DNA of 64,000 nucleotides. It comes from an uncultured Pseudomonadales bacterium. GTDB taxonomy: Bacteria; Pseudomonadota; Alphaproteobacteria; UBA2136; UBA6156. The position numbers and the translations under genes are program-made. Shown piece after piece: positions 54,385-63,238 of this stretch; positions within the stretch are counted from its first letter, which is position 1, and every line of letters starts with the position of its first letter. Location: NCBI GenBank assembly GCA_964601735.1, contig CAZROO010000006.1, positions 1,198 through 65,197 of the forward strand, written 5' to 3'. A model generated the notes under the pieces. It was not told where the DNA came from. It was given only the letters and a program-made list of their open reading frames with translations, and did no database searches.

Positions 54385-54385
54385 G

Positions 54386-54712
54386 TTATTTCCTGGCGGG
54401 CGCAGGCGGGTTGCAGCCGATAACCATATTGCGGCCATGCAGGCTCTCGCTTTCCGAGCCCCGGAAGCCGTTATATCCCGCACCGTGCTTTCTATAACCC
54501 TTTTCGTCATGCCGCTCCCATTCACGGTAGCCGTTGGGGCCGCAGATTTTACCCGCCTCGTCCAGGCAACTGTTCCAGTTGGAATAATTACCGTTGCAGC
54601 TGATGGCAAACCCCTGGCTGCCGTCCGGCAGGTAAATAAGCTTATGGCTCGCCGTGCCCATCGCGCACCCGGCCAACGCCAGCGCACTCAAAATAACACA
54701 ACATGCTCTCAT
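54386..54712 (-). CDS. Small Cys-containing lipoprotein, unknown function
   Basis: MRACCVILSALALAGC lipobox, with 4 further Cys in the mature part. Starts 2 nt after the pyrH stop. Confidence 0.6.
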   Translation of the reverse strand: MRACCVILSALALAGCAMGTASHKLIYLPDGSQGFAISCNGNYSNWNSCLDEAGKICGPNGYREWERHDEKGYRKHGAGYNGFRGSESESLHGRNMVIGCNPPAPARK

Positions 54713-54714
54713 CC

Positions 54715-55410
54715 CTAGCCTACCCTTGTTGCCTTGGCCTTGCCATTGAGCGCGGCGCGAATCTCACCCAGCCGGCACACCAGCAGCGGCAGCTTGTGCT
54801 CGCGGCACAGGGCAATGGCATTGGCATCCATCACTTTCAAATCCTCCACCAGCACCTCCTTGTAGGTCACCTTGTCCAGGTGTTTGGCCTTTTTGTCCTT
54901 TTTGGGGTCACCGGTGTAAATGCCGTCCACCTTGGTGGCCTTGATGAGCAAATCGGCCTGCAGCTCAACCGCGCGCAAGGCCCCGGCGGTATCGGTGGTG
55001 AAGAACGGGTTGCCCGTCCCGGCGGCCAGAATCACCACCCGCCCCTTTTCCATATGCCGGATGGCCCGGCGGCGAATGTAAGGCTCAGCCATGCTGTAGA
55101 CCGTCACCGCGCTCATCACGCGAGTGCTCACGCCCAGTTGCTCCAGCGCGCTCTGCAGCGCCAGGCCGTTGATGACGGTGGCGAGCATCCCCATCTGGTG
55201 GGCCACACTCTCGTCAATCCCGGCCTCAATGGCCTCGCGGCCGCGCACGATGTTGCCGCCGCCAATGACCACGCCGATCTGCATTTTATCGTCCTGCAGG
55301 CTCTTGATTTCCCGCGCAATCAGCGCAATCGCCTTGCCGTCCAGAATATCATCGCCATCGCCGCCGAACCGCTCGCCCGAAACCTTCACCAATACCCTGC
55401 GTAATGCCAT
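54715..55410 (-). CDS. pyrH: UMP kinase
   Basis: RVLVKVSGE...VVIGGGNIVRG...; amino-acid-kinase fold. Confidence 0.95.
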   Translation of the reverse strand: MALRRVLVKVSGERFGGDGDDILDGKAIALIAREIKSLQDDKMQIGVVIGGGNIVRGREAIEAGIDESVAHQMGMLATVINGLALQSALEQLGVSTRVMSAVTVYSMAEPYIRRRAIRHMEKGRVVILAAGTGNPFFTTDTAGALRAVELQADLLIKATKVDGIYTGDPKKDKKAKHLDKVTYKEVLVEDLKVMDANAIALCREHKLPLLVCRLGEIRAALNGKAKATRVG

Positions 55411-55448
55411 GCACCGCTCTTTCCTATGTCTGCATGATACGCAACAAA

Positions 55449-55562
55449 GAGGTTAGAGGTTAGGGTTTAGAGGTTAGACAAGCCTAAACCCTCATCAAAA
55501 AAAGCCCCGGCATCGCCGGGGCTTTCCTGTTACCTGTATCCTGTAACCCGATACCTGTTAGG
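55449..55562. repeat. Two heptad arrays flanking the tsf terminator
   Basis: gaggtta gaggtta gggttta gaggtta ... [terminator] ... cctgtta cctgtat cctgtaa cccgata cctgtta. Confidence 0.6.
55496..55525 (-). terminator. Rho-independent terminator of tsf
   Basis: Minus strand AAAGCCCCGGcgatgCCGGGGCTTTTTTT. Confidence 0.85.
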
Positions 55563-56442
55563 CGTTGGCCACCTTCGCCACTTCGGCGGCAAAGTCTTCC
55601 TGCACTTTTTCCACGCCGTCGCCCAAACCAAAGCGGACGAAGCCGGTGACCTTGGCGCCTGCGGCGGCGTCGCTCACGACCTTACCGACCTTACGGTCCG
55701 GGTCCATCACAAACGGCTGCTCCACCAGGCACACTTCCTCGAGGTACTTGTTGACGCGGCCTTCGACGATCTTTTCCACCACGTTGGCGGGTTTGCCGCT
55801 TTCGGCGGCCTGGGCCACGTAAATCGCGCGTTCGCGTTCCAGCAGGGCCGGGTCGATGCTCGATTTATCCAGCGCCTGCGGGTTGCTGGCGGCCACGTGC
55901 ATGCTTACCTGCTTGGCCACGGTGGCGTCGGTGGTACCTTCAATCGCCACCAGCACACCAATCTTCCCGCCCAGGTGAACATAGCTGCCGACGATACCGT
56001 TATCGACCGTCAGCTTGGCGGCACGGCGGATGGTCATGTTCTCGCCGGTGGTGCTCACCAGTTCGGTCAGCGCATCGCCAACCGTTTTGCCGCTGGCGAG
56101 TTTGAGGCCCTTGATGGTTTCCACATCGCCCGCCTTAGCCGCCATAGCGGCTTCGGCCACCTGCTTCACAAAGCCGGTGAAGTTCTCGTTACGGCCGGTA
56201 AAGTCGGTTTCGCAGTTAATTTCCACCACAACACCAGTGGTGCCGTCGGAGAGCGCCGCCACGGCACCTTCGGCGGTCACACGGCCGCTCTTCTTGGCGG
56301 CCTTGGAAACACCCTTCTGACGCAGCCAGTCGATGGCCTTTTCCATGTCGCCGCCGTTTTCATCCAGCGCCTTTTTGGCATCCATCATGCCCGCGCCGGT
56401 GCGTTCGCGCAGGTCTTTCACCATTTCGGCAGTTACAGCCAT
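55558..56442 (-). CDS. tsf: Translation elongation factor Ts
   Basis: MAVTAEMVKDLRERTGAGMMDAKKAL (UBA-like N-terminus). Confidence 0.95.
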   Translation of the reverse strand: MAVTAEMVKDLRERTGAGMMDAKKALDENGGDMEKAIDWLRQKGVSKAAKKSGRVTAEGAVAALSDGTTGVVVEINCETDFTGRNENFTGFVKQVAEAAMAAKAGDVETIKGLKLASGKTVGDALTELVSTTGENMTIRRAAKLTVDNGIVGSYVHLGGKIGVLVAIEGTTDATVAKQVSMHVAASNPQALDKSSIDPALLERERAIYVAQAAESGKPANVVEKIVEGRVNKYLEEVCLVEQPFVMDPDRKVGKVVSDAAAGAKVTGFVRFGLGDGVEKVQEDFAAEVAKVANA

Positions 56443-56470
56443 GCTTTATTCTCCTTATTAAGTTTCAGAT

Positions 56471-57412
56471 TTACTCGGCAGTCGGAGCAGCGGGCGCCGC
56501 TTCGGCAGCGTCAGCGGCCTTATCTTCGGCAACCGAGGTTTCCTTGGCCTTCTTGCTCAAGGTCACGGTCACCGGGCCCTTGCGGCCGCGCGGGGCGGAA
56601 CCCTCGCCGGCGCTGGCCTGGCCGTGGCTGCCCATGGTGGCTTGCAGCGCGATACCAGAGAGCACCGCGTCGGCGCACAGCCTGGCGTACAGTTGCAGTG
56701 CACGCACACTGTCGTCGTTGCCGGGAATCACGTAGTCCACGCCTTCATCGCTGGCGTTGGTGTCAACAATACCCACCACCGGAATGCCCAAGCGGTTGGC
56801 TTCATCGACGGCAATCTTGTCCTGGTGGACACTCATCACCACCACCACGTCCGGCAAACCGGCCATAGCGCTAATACCGCCCAGCACGCGCTGGAGGTTT
56901 TCGCGTTCGCGTTCCAGCATCAGGCGTTCCTTCTTCACAAAGTGGCCCATCGGGTCCTTGATGCTGTCGCGGTTGAAGGGGTTTTCCGGAGTCGCCGCAG
57001 CTTGCGCTTCGGCAATCTTCTTTTGCGCTTCTTCGCTGTCCTTGAACATCTGGTCGAGGTCACGCAGGCGCTTGATGCTCTTGGAAATGGTCTTCCAGTT
57101 GGTCAGCGTGCCACCCAGCCAACGGTGGTTCACAAAGTACATGCCGCTGCGGTTGGCGGCTTCGGCCACCACACCCTGGGCTTGCTTGCGGGTGCCAACG
57201 AACAGCACGCGGCCGCCACGCGCCACGGCGGCTTCAATCGCGGCCAGGGCGGTGTAAATGGCGGGCAGGGTTTGCTGCAGGTCGATAATGTGGATGCCGT
57301 TGCGCTCTCCGTAAATGTAGCTCTTCAGCTTGGGGTTCCAGCGGAAGCTGCGGTGACCGAAGTGTACGCCGGCGCCCAGCAGGTCGCTCATGGTAAATTG
57401 GGGTAAAGCCAT
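56471..57412 (-). CDS. rpsB: 30S ribosomal protein S2 (with Ala/Glu-rich C-terminal extension)
   Basis: [35 protein letters not shown]. Confidence 0.95.
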   Translation of the reverse strand: MALPQFTMSDLLGAGVHFGHRSFRWNPKLKSYIYGERNGIHIIDLQQTLPAIYTALAAIEAAVARGGRVLFVGTRKQAQGVVAEAANRSGMYFVNHRWLGGTLTNWKTISKSIKRLRDLDQMFKDSEEAQKKIAEAQAAATPENPFNRDSIKDPMGHFVKKERLMLERERENLQRVLGGISAMAGLPDVVVVMSVHQDKIAVDEANRLGIPVVGIVDTNASDEGVDYVIPGNDDSVRALQLYARLCADAVLSGIALQATMGSHGQASAGEGSAPRGRKGPVTVTLSKKAKETSVAEDKAADAAEAAPAAPTAE

Positions 57413-57523
57413 AGTTGGCCCTTTCTCGTTTGGTTTGTTCGTGGCTCAGGCCGGAATAGGATTTCTCCCAACCAAAGCGGCCTGGCTGTTTATTTCCGTA
57501 GATTTCCTACAGATGGGCGGCTT

Positions 57524-58726
57524 TTAAGCCATTACCACAGGCGCGTCAATCACTACTTTACGGATATTCAAGGGCTTTTCAGCCGTCCGGCTGCCTTCAA
57601 TCCACCCGCCGCCCAGCATCACGCCAGCATCGGTATAAAATACCGCCGCCTGCCCCGGGCTGATATGGTCGGCCTCGGCCAGCACCACTTCGGCCCGCCC
57701 CTCGTCCAAATCATGAATCACCGCCGCTGCACCGTTATGCTGGGCACGCACTTTCACCACGCCAGCACCAAACTGCGGAGCACCCAGCCAGTTGAGTTCG
57801 CGCACGATGAACACCTTGCGGCCCAGCGCCTCGCGCGGCCCAACGACAACCTCGCGGCTGTCAGGGCGGATTTCCACCACGTACAACGCCTCGGCACTGC
57901 CGCCGGGCAACCCTTTACGCTGGCCCACGGTAAAGCCGACAATCCCATCGTGGGAGCCCAGCACTTTCCCCTCAAGGTCAACGATATTCCCCGGTGCATC
58001 GGCGGCAGGGTCAAATTTCTTCACCACCTTGCGATAATCACCGCCGGGCACAAAGCAAATGTCGTAACTGTCCTTCTTCACGTGCACATGCAGGCCCAAC
58101 TCCTTGGCCCACTCACGCACCTGCGGCTTGGCATATTTGCCCAGCGGAAAATGCAAATAATCCAGCTGTTCCGGCGTGGTGGTAAAGAGATAATAGCTCT
58201 GGTCTTTTTCCGAAAACGCACCCCGTTTGAGAACGGGTTTACCGCCTTCAAAATCCTTGATGACATAATGCCCGGTCGCCATTGCATCGGCACCCAGCGC
58301 CTTAGCCTTGTCCAGCAGCGCCACAAACTTGATGCGCTGGTTGCAACGCACGCACGGGATCGGCGTCTCGCCTGCCGCATACGTCTCCACAAAGTCGTCA
58401 ATCACGGCTTCCTTGAACGCCTTTTCCATATTGAGCACGTAGTGCGGAATCCCCAGCTTCTGGCACACGCGGCGTGCGTCATACACGTCGTCCAGCGCGC
58501 AGCAAGTGCCGCCGGATTTAATCGCGCCGCCGTTGCTGGCCGGGGTGTAATCCCACAATTGAAGCGTAATCCCCACCACGTTGTACCCCGCCGCCTGGTA
58601 CAGCGCCGCCACGGCGCTGGAATCCACCCCGCCGCTCATCGCCACCACCACGGTGGTCTCATGCGGCGGCTTTCCCGACACAACGACAGGCATTTCAAAC
58701 CCTTGGGGCAGCTTATTTAAACTCAT
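57524..58726 (-). CDS. mnmA: tRNA 2-thiouridine(34) synthase MnmA
   Basis: PP-loop VVAMSGGVDSS. Catalytic Cys contexts (TCCALDD, PCVRCN). Confidence 0.95.
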   Translation of the reverse strand: MSLNKLPQGFEMPVVVSGKPPHETTVVVAMSGGVDSSAVAALYQAAGYNVVGITLQLWDYTPASNGGAIKSGGTCCALDDVYDARRVCQKLGIPHYVLNMEKAFKEAVIDDFVETYAAGETPIPCVRCNQRIKFVALLDKAKALGADAMATGHYVIKDFEGGKPVLKRGAFSEKDQSYYLFTTTPEQLDYLHFPLGKYAKPQVREWAKELGLHVHVKKDSYDICFVPGGDYRKVVKKFDPAADAPGNIVDLEGKVLGSHDGIVGFTVGQRKGLPGGSAEALYVVEIRPDSREVVVGPREALGRKVFIVRELNWLGAPQFGAGVVKVRAQHNGAAAVIHDLDEGRAEVVLAEADHISPGQAAVFYTDAGVMLGGGWIEGSRTAEKPLNIRKVVIDAPVVMA

Positions 58727-58864
58727 TCCAGTCGGGTTATAGGCACCCGCAGGCCCCGGCGCAAGGGCTTTTCTAATGACCTGCTTACACCCCCCGGTCC
58801 CGCTCCGTCTGGTTTTTTACAGGGGTGGGCGCATGGTGAAGCGAACGCAGAAAGGAGAACACGC

Positions 58865-59176
58865 ATGCCCAGCCTCAAGCAAAGACTCAGCCGTGCCGCC
58901 GACCGCGGCCTCGACGATGCCGACGACATGATCGGTCGCGCCCGCGAAGGCAAACGCCGGCTCGAACGCCGCTACGACAACTCCGAACTGGGTGACAGCA
59001 TCGAAGATTTCGCCGAAACTACTGGCCGAAACCTGCGCCACGCATATGAGTCCGGTATGGACACGCTCGACGACACTACCGACACCGCGCGCGACATCAT
59101 CCAGCGCAACCCACTGCTGGCCCTCGCAGGCGCATTCGTCGGCGGCATGTTCGCCAGCATGCTGCTGCGCAAGTAA
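58865..59176 (+). CDS. DUF883 (ElaB/YqjD-like) tail-anchored protein
   Basis: 103 aa, helical. C-terminal anchor NPLLALAGAFVGGMFASMLLRK is typical of ElaB/YqjD. Confidence 0.65.
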   Translation: MPSLKQRLSRAADRGLDDADDMIGRAREGKRRLERRYDNSELGDSIEDFAETTGRNLRHAYESGMDTLDDTTDTARDIIQRNPLLALAGAFVGGMFASMLLRK

Positions 59177-59187
59177 GGCCCCCTTCC

Positions 59188-59571
59188 ATGCTGTGGCAAT
59201 CGCTGGCGCAAATGGCGCTGGCCATCATGTTCAAGCCGGGGCGCAATATGCCCGGCCTCCTCCACCAACTGGCGGTACGTGCCGCAGGGCTGGTGGCAGC
59301 TATGGTGCTGGGCACCCTGGCGGTAGTGTGCGCGGCAGCGGGCACGCTTATTTTGTGGGCTCCCCCTCTGGATGCGCCGCACCTGCTGTTTATCCTTTCG
59401 GCCGCGCTGGTGTTCCTGGCGCTGGTCACGTGGCTTGCCGTCGCCAAAGGCCGGGGCCCGCACCAACTGGTCAGCGAAGTGCTGGACGAGCCCGCCTCGC
59501 CGCTGGAAGACATCAACCGCAAGCTCGAGCGTGTCACCCATGCCTTCAGCCGCGGCTGGCACACGCCCTAA
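59188..59571 (+). CDS. YqjE-like two-TM membrane protein (holin-X/DUF1469-like)
   Basis: 127 aa with two TM helices then a charged tail. Follows the DUF883 gene, as yqjD-yqjE do in E. coli. Confidence 0.45.
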   Translation: MLWQSLAQMALAIMFKPGRNMPGLLHQLAVRAAGLVAAMVLGTLAVVCAAAGTLILWAPPLDAPHLLFILSAALVFLALVTWLAVAKGRGPHQLVSEVLDEPASPLEDINRKLERVTHAFSRGWHTP

Positions 59572-59654
59572 AAAATGACTTAACCCCCGCGTCCGGGGGT
59601 TAAGTCGCTTAGCGATATTCAGAGAAGAACCGGAGACTAGACGCTAATTCCCTC

Positions 59655-59819
59655 TCATGGCCGTTTGTCCGCCAATGGGGTCTGAAGAGCCAGACGATCA
59701 TCGGCGTTCTGGATGGCCTTGCGTTTTTCTTCCGCTGACCAGGGAGAGTTGAGGGCAATGCCTTTAACCAGTTGAGTCACTTGCTCTCGTGACCACTCAG
59801 GGTGCTTTAAGGCGCTCAT
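59655..59819 (-). CDS. Possible small ORF (54 aa) in a low-GC spacer
   Basis: Not in the ORF track (under 60 aa). MSALKHPEWSREQVTQLVKGIALNSPWSAEEKRKAIQNADDRLALQTPLADKRP. AAGG 6 nt upstream of the ATG. No other support. Confidence 0.25.
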   Translation of the reverse strand: MSALKHPEWSREQVTQLVKGIALNSPWSAEEKRKAIQNADDRLALQTPLADKRP

Positions 59820-60002
59820 GTAAAACCTTGTGTTAAAGATGCGTCGGTATCGATACTGCTATAATGCGAAGACAGCCTACCATCACCCCCACGCCACAGT
59901 CATGTGGCAGATTTATTGTCGCGTTTACGCATCGTTAACGTGACATCTTTAAGTAAAATGCCAATTTATTAGGCACACCCCAGGTTGTGAATACAATATA
60001 AA

Positions 60003-61088
60003 TCAAACCAATTTCGACAGCGCCGCCAGAGCGGCATCAATATCCGCTGCGGTGGTGTTCCAGCCCAGGCTAAGGCGCAGGCCTTGCGAGGCCTCCAACT
60101 CATTGAAACCCATAGCCAAAAGCACATGACTGGCCTTCACGCGCCCGCTGGAACACGCGCTGCCCTGGCTTACCGCCACGCTGTTCAAATCCATGCCAAT
60201 CACCAGATCTTCGCCACTTTTATCACTGATGCGCAACTGCAGTATATGTGTCACCCGCCTGGCGTTTTGAGCGACAATCTGGACGTTTTTTGTCGCAGAA
60301 ACGGCACTGAGAAGTCGCTGCATTGTCGCTGTGGTGTCGATGAGGGGTTCGGCCAGCGCCGCAGCCATCCCGGCAATGCCGATGACGTTCTCGGTGCCGG
60401 CCCGGCGCCCCCGCTCCTGCGCACCGCCCATCAGCATCGGCACAAAATCCAACTCCGATTTAACCACCAAAGCGCCCACGCCCTTGGGGCCGCCAAACTT
60501 GTGGGCACTGAAGCCCAGCAGGTCGGCGCCAAGTTCATCCGGCTTCACATCCAGATGCCCGACGGTCTGCACCGCGTCGCAGTACAGCAGCGCGCCATGC
60601 GTGTGCGCCAGCACCGCGGCCTCGGCCACCGGCTGGATGACCCCAGTCTCATTATTGGCGTGCATCAGGCACACCAATGCCACATCTCCCGTGGCCAGAA
60701 TCTTTTCCAGCGCATCCAGCTTCACCACGCCGTCGGCGTCCACCGGCACCTCCACCACCGCGTGCTTCCATGCCGCGCCGATGACGCAATCATGCTCAAT
60801 CCCGGCAATCGCGACCTTCTTGGACTTGTTCTTGGCGGCATTCATGATGCCGGAAACCGCCAGGTTCGCCGCCTCGGTGCCGCCGCTGGTGAAGACCACC
60901 CGCTCGGCGCGCACGCCCAGCCGGTCGCCGATGGCGCGACGGCTGTCGTCGAGCAGCGCCCGGGCCTTCTGCCCCTCGCCGTGTACGCTGCTGGGGTTAC
61001 CGTAAACCCCCATCGCCGCGGCCATAGCCTCGCGCGCCGCGGGGCGCAGCGGGCTGGTGGCAGCATGGTCGAGGTAGACACGGTTCAT
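60003..61088 (-). CDS. Cysteine desulfurase (class V aminotransferase, NifS/IscS-like)
   Basis: PLP-Lys context FSAHKFGGPKGVGAL and catalytic Cys loop SQGSACSSG. Confidence 0.9.
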   Translation of the reverse strand: MNRVYLDHAATSPLRPAAREAMAAAMGVYGNPSSVHGEGQKARALLDDSRRAIGDRLGVRAERVVFTSGGTEAANLAVSGIMNAAKNKSKKVAIAGIEHDCVIGAAWKHAVVEVPVDADGVVKLDALEKILATGDVALVCLMHANNETGVIQPVAEAAVLAHTHGALLYCDAVQTVGHLDVKPDELGADLLGFSAHKFGGPKGVGALVVKSELDFVPMLMGGAQERGRRAGTENVIGIAGMAAALAEPLIDTTATMQRLLSAVSATKNVQIVAQNARRVTHILQLRISDKSGEDLVIGMDLNSVAVSQGSACSSGRVKASHVLLAMGFNELEASQGLRLSLGWNTTAADIDAALAALSKLV

Positions 61089-61349
61089 GGGTGGTTAGGT
61101 AGGACTTTGGGGGTGGAATGTCAAAGGTGGTTCGGGAAATAACGATTGGCTCCAGAGCCATAAAGGTTAAAGATTTTTATAACGACTATGGCTTACCCCG
61201 ATGGATCCCCTGCCCCATCAAGGGGGCGGGATAACGCCGGTGTTATAGAGGCTCTTTGCTAACTTATGGTGAAGGTTGTCTTTTTTCCTTGAAATTCATG
61301 AGCCGTTTGTGCCATACCCTCGCCCCGTATAAGTAAAGGACGCCCAACC

Positions 61350-62000
61350 ATGCCCGACGTCGTATTCCAAGGCCCGAGCGGCCGCCTGGAAGGCAAATAT
61401 TTCCCGCAAAAAGGCGGCGAATGCCCCATCGCGGTGGTGCTGCACCCGCACCCGCTGCACGGCGGCACCATGAACAACAAAACCACCTACCGCATCTTCG
61501 AGACCTTCGTGCGCCTGGGCTTTGCCACGCTGCGTTTCAACTTCCGCGGGGTCGGCAACTCCGAGGGCCAGTTCGACCACGGCGTGGGCGAACTCTCCGA
61601 CGCCGCCGCGGCGCTGGACTGGCTGCACGGCAACCACCCGCACGCGCCGGAAATCTGGCTGGCCGGGTTTTCCTTCGGTGCATGGATCACCATGCAGATG
61701 CTGATGCGCCGCCCCGACCTCAAGCGCTTCATCGCCGTGGCCCCGCCGGTTGGCCTGTACGATTTCTCGTTCCTCTCGCCCATGCCCACCAGCGGGCTGG
61801 TGATGTACGGCAGCAACGACGAACTGACCCCGCCATTCGAGACCGAGAACCTGCTCAAGCGCACCGTGCGACAAAAGGGCATCAACCTGTCCGCCGCCCG
61901 CATCGAAGGCGCCGACCACTTCTTTACCAACCACCAGGACGAACTGGGGGCGACGCTCACCCAGTACATCAAAAGCCAGATGGGGCGGCCCGGACGCTAA
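61350..62000 (+). CDS. Alpha/beta-fold hydrolase
   Basis: 216 aa. VVLHPHPLHGGTMNNK... and a nucleophile elbow-like LAGFSFGA. Confidence 0.7.
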   Translation: MPDVVFQGPSGRLEGKYFPQKGGECPIAVVLHPHPLHGGTMNNKTTYRIFETFVRLGFATLRFNFRGVGNSEGQFDHGVGELSDAAAALDWLHGNHPHAPEIWLAGFSFGAWITMQMLMRRPDLKRFIAVAPPVGLYDFSFLSPMPTSGLVMYGSNDELTPPFETENLLKRTVRQKGINLSAARIEGADHFFTNHQDELGATLTQYIKSQMGRPGR

Positions 62001-62044
62001 ATTAGCTTACCAAAGGGGGTTATGGGGGCAAGCTCCCATAACCC

Positions 62045-62074
62045 CTGGATTCCCGCCTTCGCGAGAATGGGGCC
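62045..62074 (+). repeat. Palindromic hairpin module, third copy of the GIY-YIG-flank sequence
   Basis: CTGGATTCCCGCcttcGCGaGAATGGGGCC, preceded by the hairpin GGGGTTATGGGggcaagctCCCATAACCCC at 62016..62045. Confidence 0.6.
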
Positions 62075-62079
62075 TGCGA

Positions 62080-63201
62080 TTAGTTCCGCACGTTTTCAAT
62101 CGGCACCAGCTCATGGTAGCCGGTCTTGAACGGCCAGAGCGTATAGGGGATGAACACCCGCGCGCCGCCGGATGCGCTCGGGCAGATCACATACGTCCCC
62201 TTGTCGGCATCGCGGGCGCCATCCAGCCGGAGATCGCGGAAGCGCAGGCAGCTCGCCGCATTGATGCCCGACAGCGGTGGCGGCACCTCGTCGTCAAACA
62301 CGGCATATTTGGCCAGTGCGCCAAACGACCCATTGGCCCAGGCGTACCAGGCCAGCGTAATCCGCCGCTGCTGCGCCGCGGTGGTGTCGGCGCCGCCAAA
62401 GCGCGGATAAATCCGCCACTCGGCCTCGTCGCGCGGCCGGTACAGCGCCTGCACCCGCTCGGCGCGGGAGGCATTGCTCCGCAACGCCATCCGCTGATTC
62501 CCCTTGAGGTTGATGAGCGTGTCGTGCAAGCGACGGCCACCCTTTTGCGGGTCTTCGATCACCACCACCCGCCAGTTGAACGGCGACAGCGGCTGCGGCA
62601 GCGCGTCGGTGTTCACGTCGCCTTGCAGGTTCTGGGCGTCGGCATAATCCTCGCCAAAGCTCCAGGCGATGTAATGCAACCCGCCCAGCGCCAAAAAATA
62701 AACCGCTAAACAACCCAGCCCGAGCCGGGCAATGTCGCGCTGCCAAAAGCGGAAGGCATAGCCCATGCCCAGCGTCAGCAGGCAGATGCCCAGAATCACC
62801 CCGTCGAAATCATACACCAGCCCCAGACCCACACGCGCATTCACCAGCAGCGCCAGCGGCTGGATGCCATCGGTGGTCAGCAGCCCCAGCAACAGCGTGG
62901 CAGACATGCTGGCCAGCACAATCCAGTAAAACCGGCCCCAGCCACGCTTGCTCACGTTGCCCAGCAGCTCGGCGGTGATGAACGCCAGCAGCGGCAGCAG
63001 CAGCACGCTCCACAGCAACGCATGCTCGGCCTGGTAATACAGCCCGGCACCGCCAAGCCAAAACAGCACTTCCAGATAAGGCACCAGGGCGCCCACCGCG
63101 CCGGCGGCCAGGCGCCAAAGCCCCAAATCATCGGCACCGTTCTTGCGCTTGACCGCCCAGGCCACCACCAGCCCAACCGCAAAAGCAATCAATGGGTGCA
63201 T
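62080..63201 (-). CDS. Polytopic inner-membrane protein with soluble C-terminal domain (possibly YdjM/DUF457-type hydrolase)
   Basis: 373 aa. N-terminal ~190 aa with 5-6 TM helices, then PQPLSPFNWRVVV... The functional assignment is weak. Confidence 0.4.
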   Translation of the reverse strand: MHPLIAFAVGLVVAWAVKRKNGADDLGLWRLAAGAVGALVPYLEVLFWLGGAGLYYQAEHALLWSVLLLPLLAFITAELLGNVSKRGWGRFYWIVLASMSATLLLGLLTTDGIQPLALLVNARVGLGLVYDFDGVILGICLLTLGMGYAFRFWQRDIARLGLGCLAVYFLALGGLHYIAWSFGEDYADAQNLQGDVNTDALPQPLSPFNWRVVVIEDPQKGGRRLHDTLINLKGNQRMALRSNASRAERVQALYRPRDEAEWRIYPRFGGADTTAAQQRRITLAWYAWANGSFGALAKYAVFDDEVPPPLSGINAASCLRFRDLRLDGARDADKGTYVICPSASGGARVFIPYTLWPFKTGYHELVPIENVRN

Positions 63202-63237
63202 GACAGGTGACAGGTTTCAGGTGGCAGGTGACAGGTC
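63202..63237. repeat. Single-armed heptad array between anmK stop and the membrane-protein start
   Basis: gacaggt gacaggt ttcaggt ggcaggt gacaggt. No complementary arm nearby. Confidence 0.6.
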
Positions 63238-63238
63238 A

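Noticed and set aside
23270-63237. Whether the periodic intergenic arrays could be CRISPR arrays or conventional VNTRs.
   Set aside because: The unit is only 7 nt, degenerate, without spacers, with 4-5 units per arm, and usually paired with its complement. No cas genes are present. This is not CRISPR-like.
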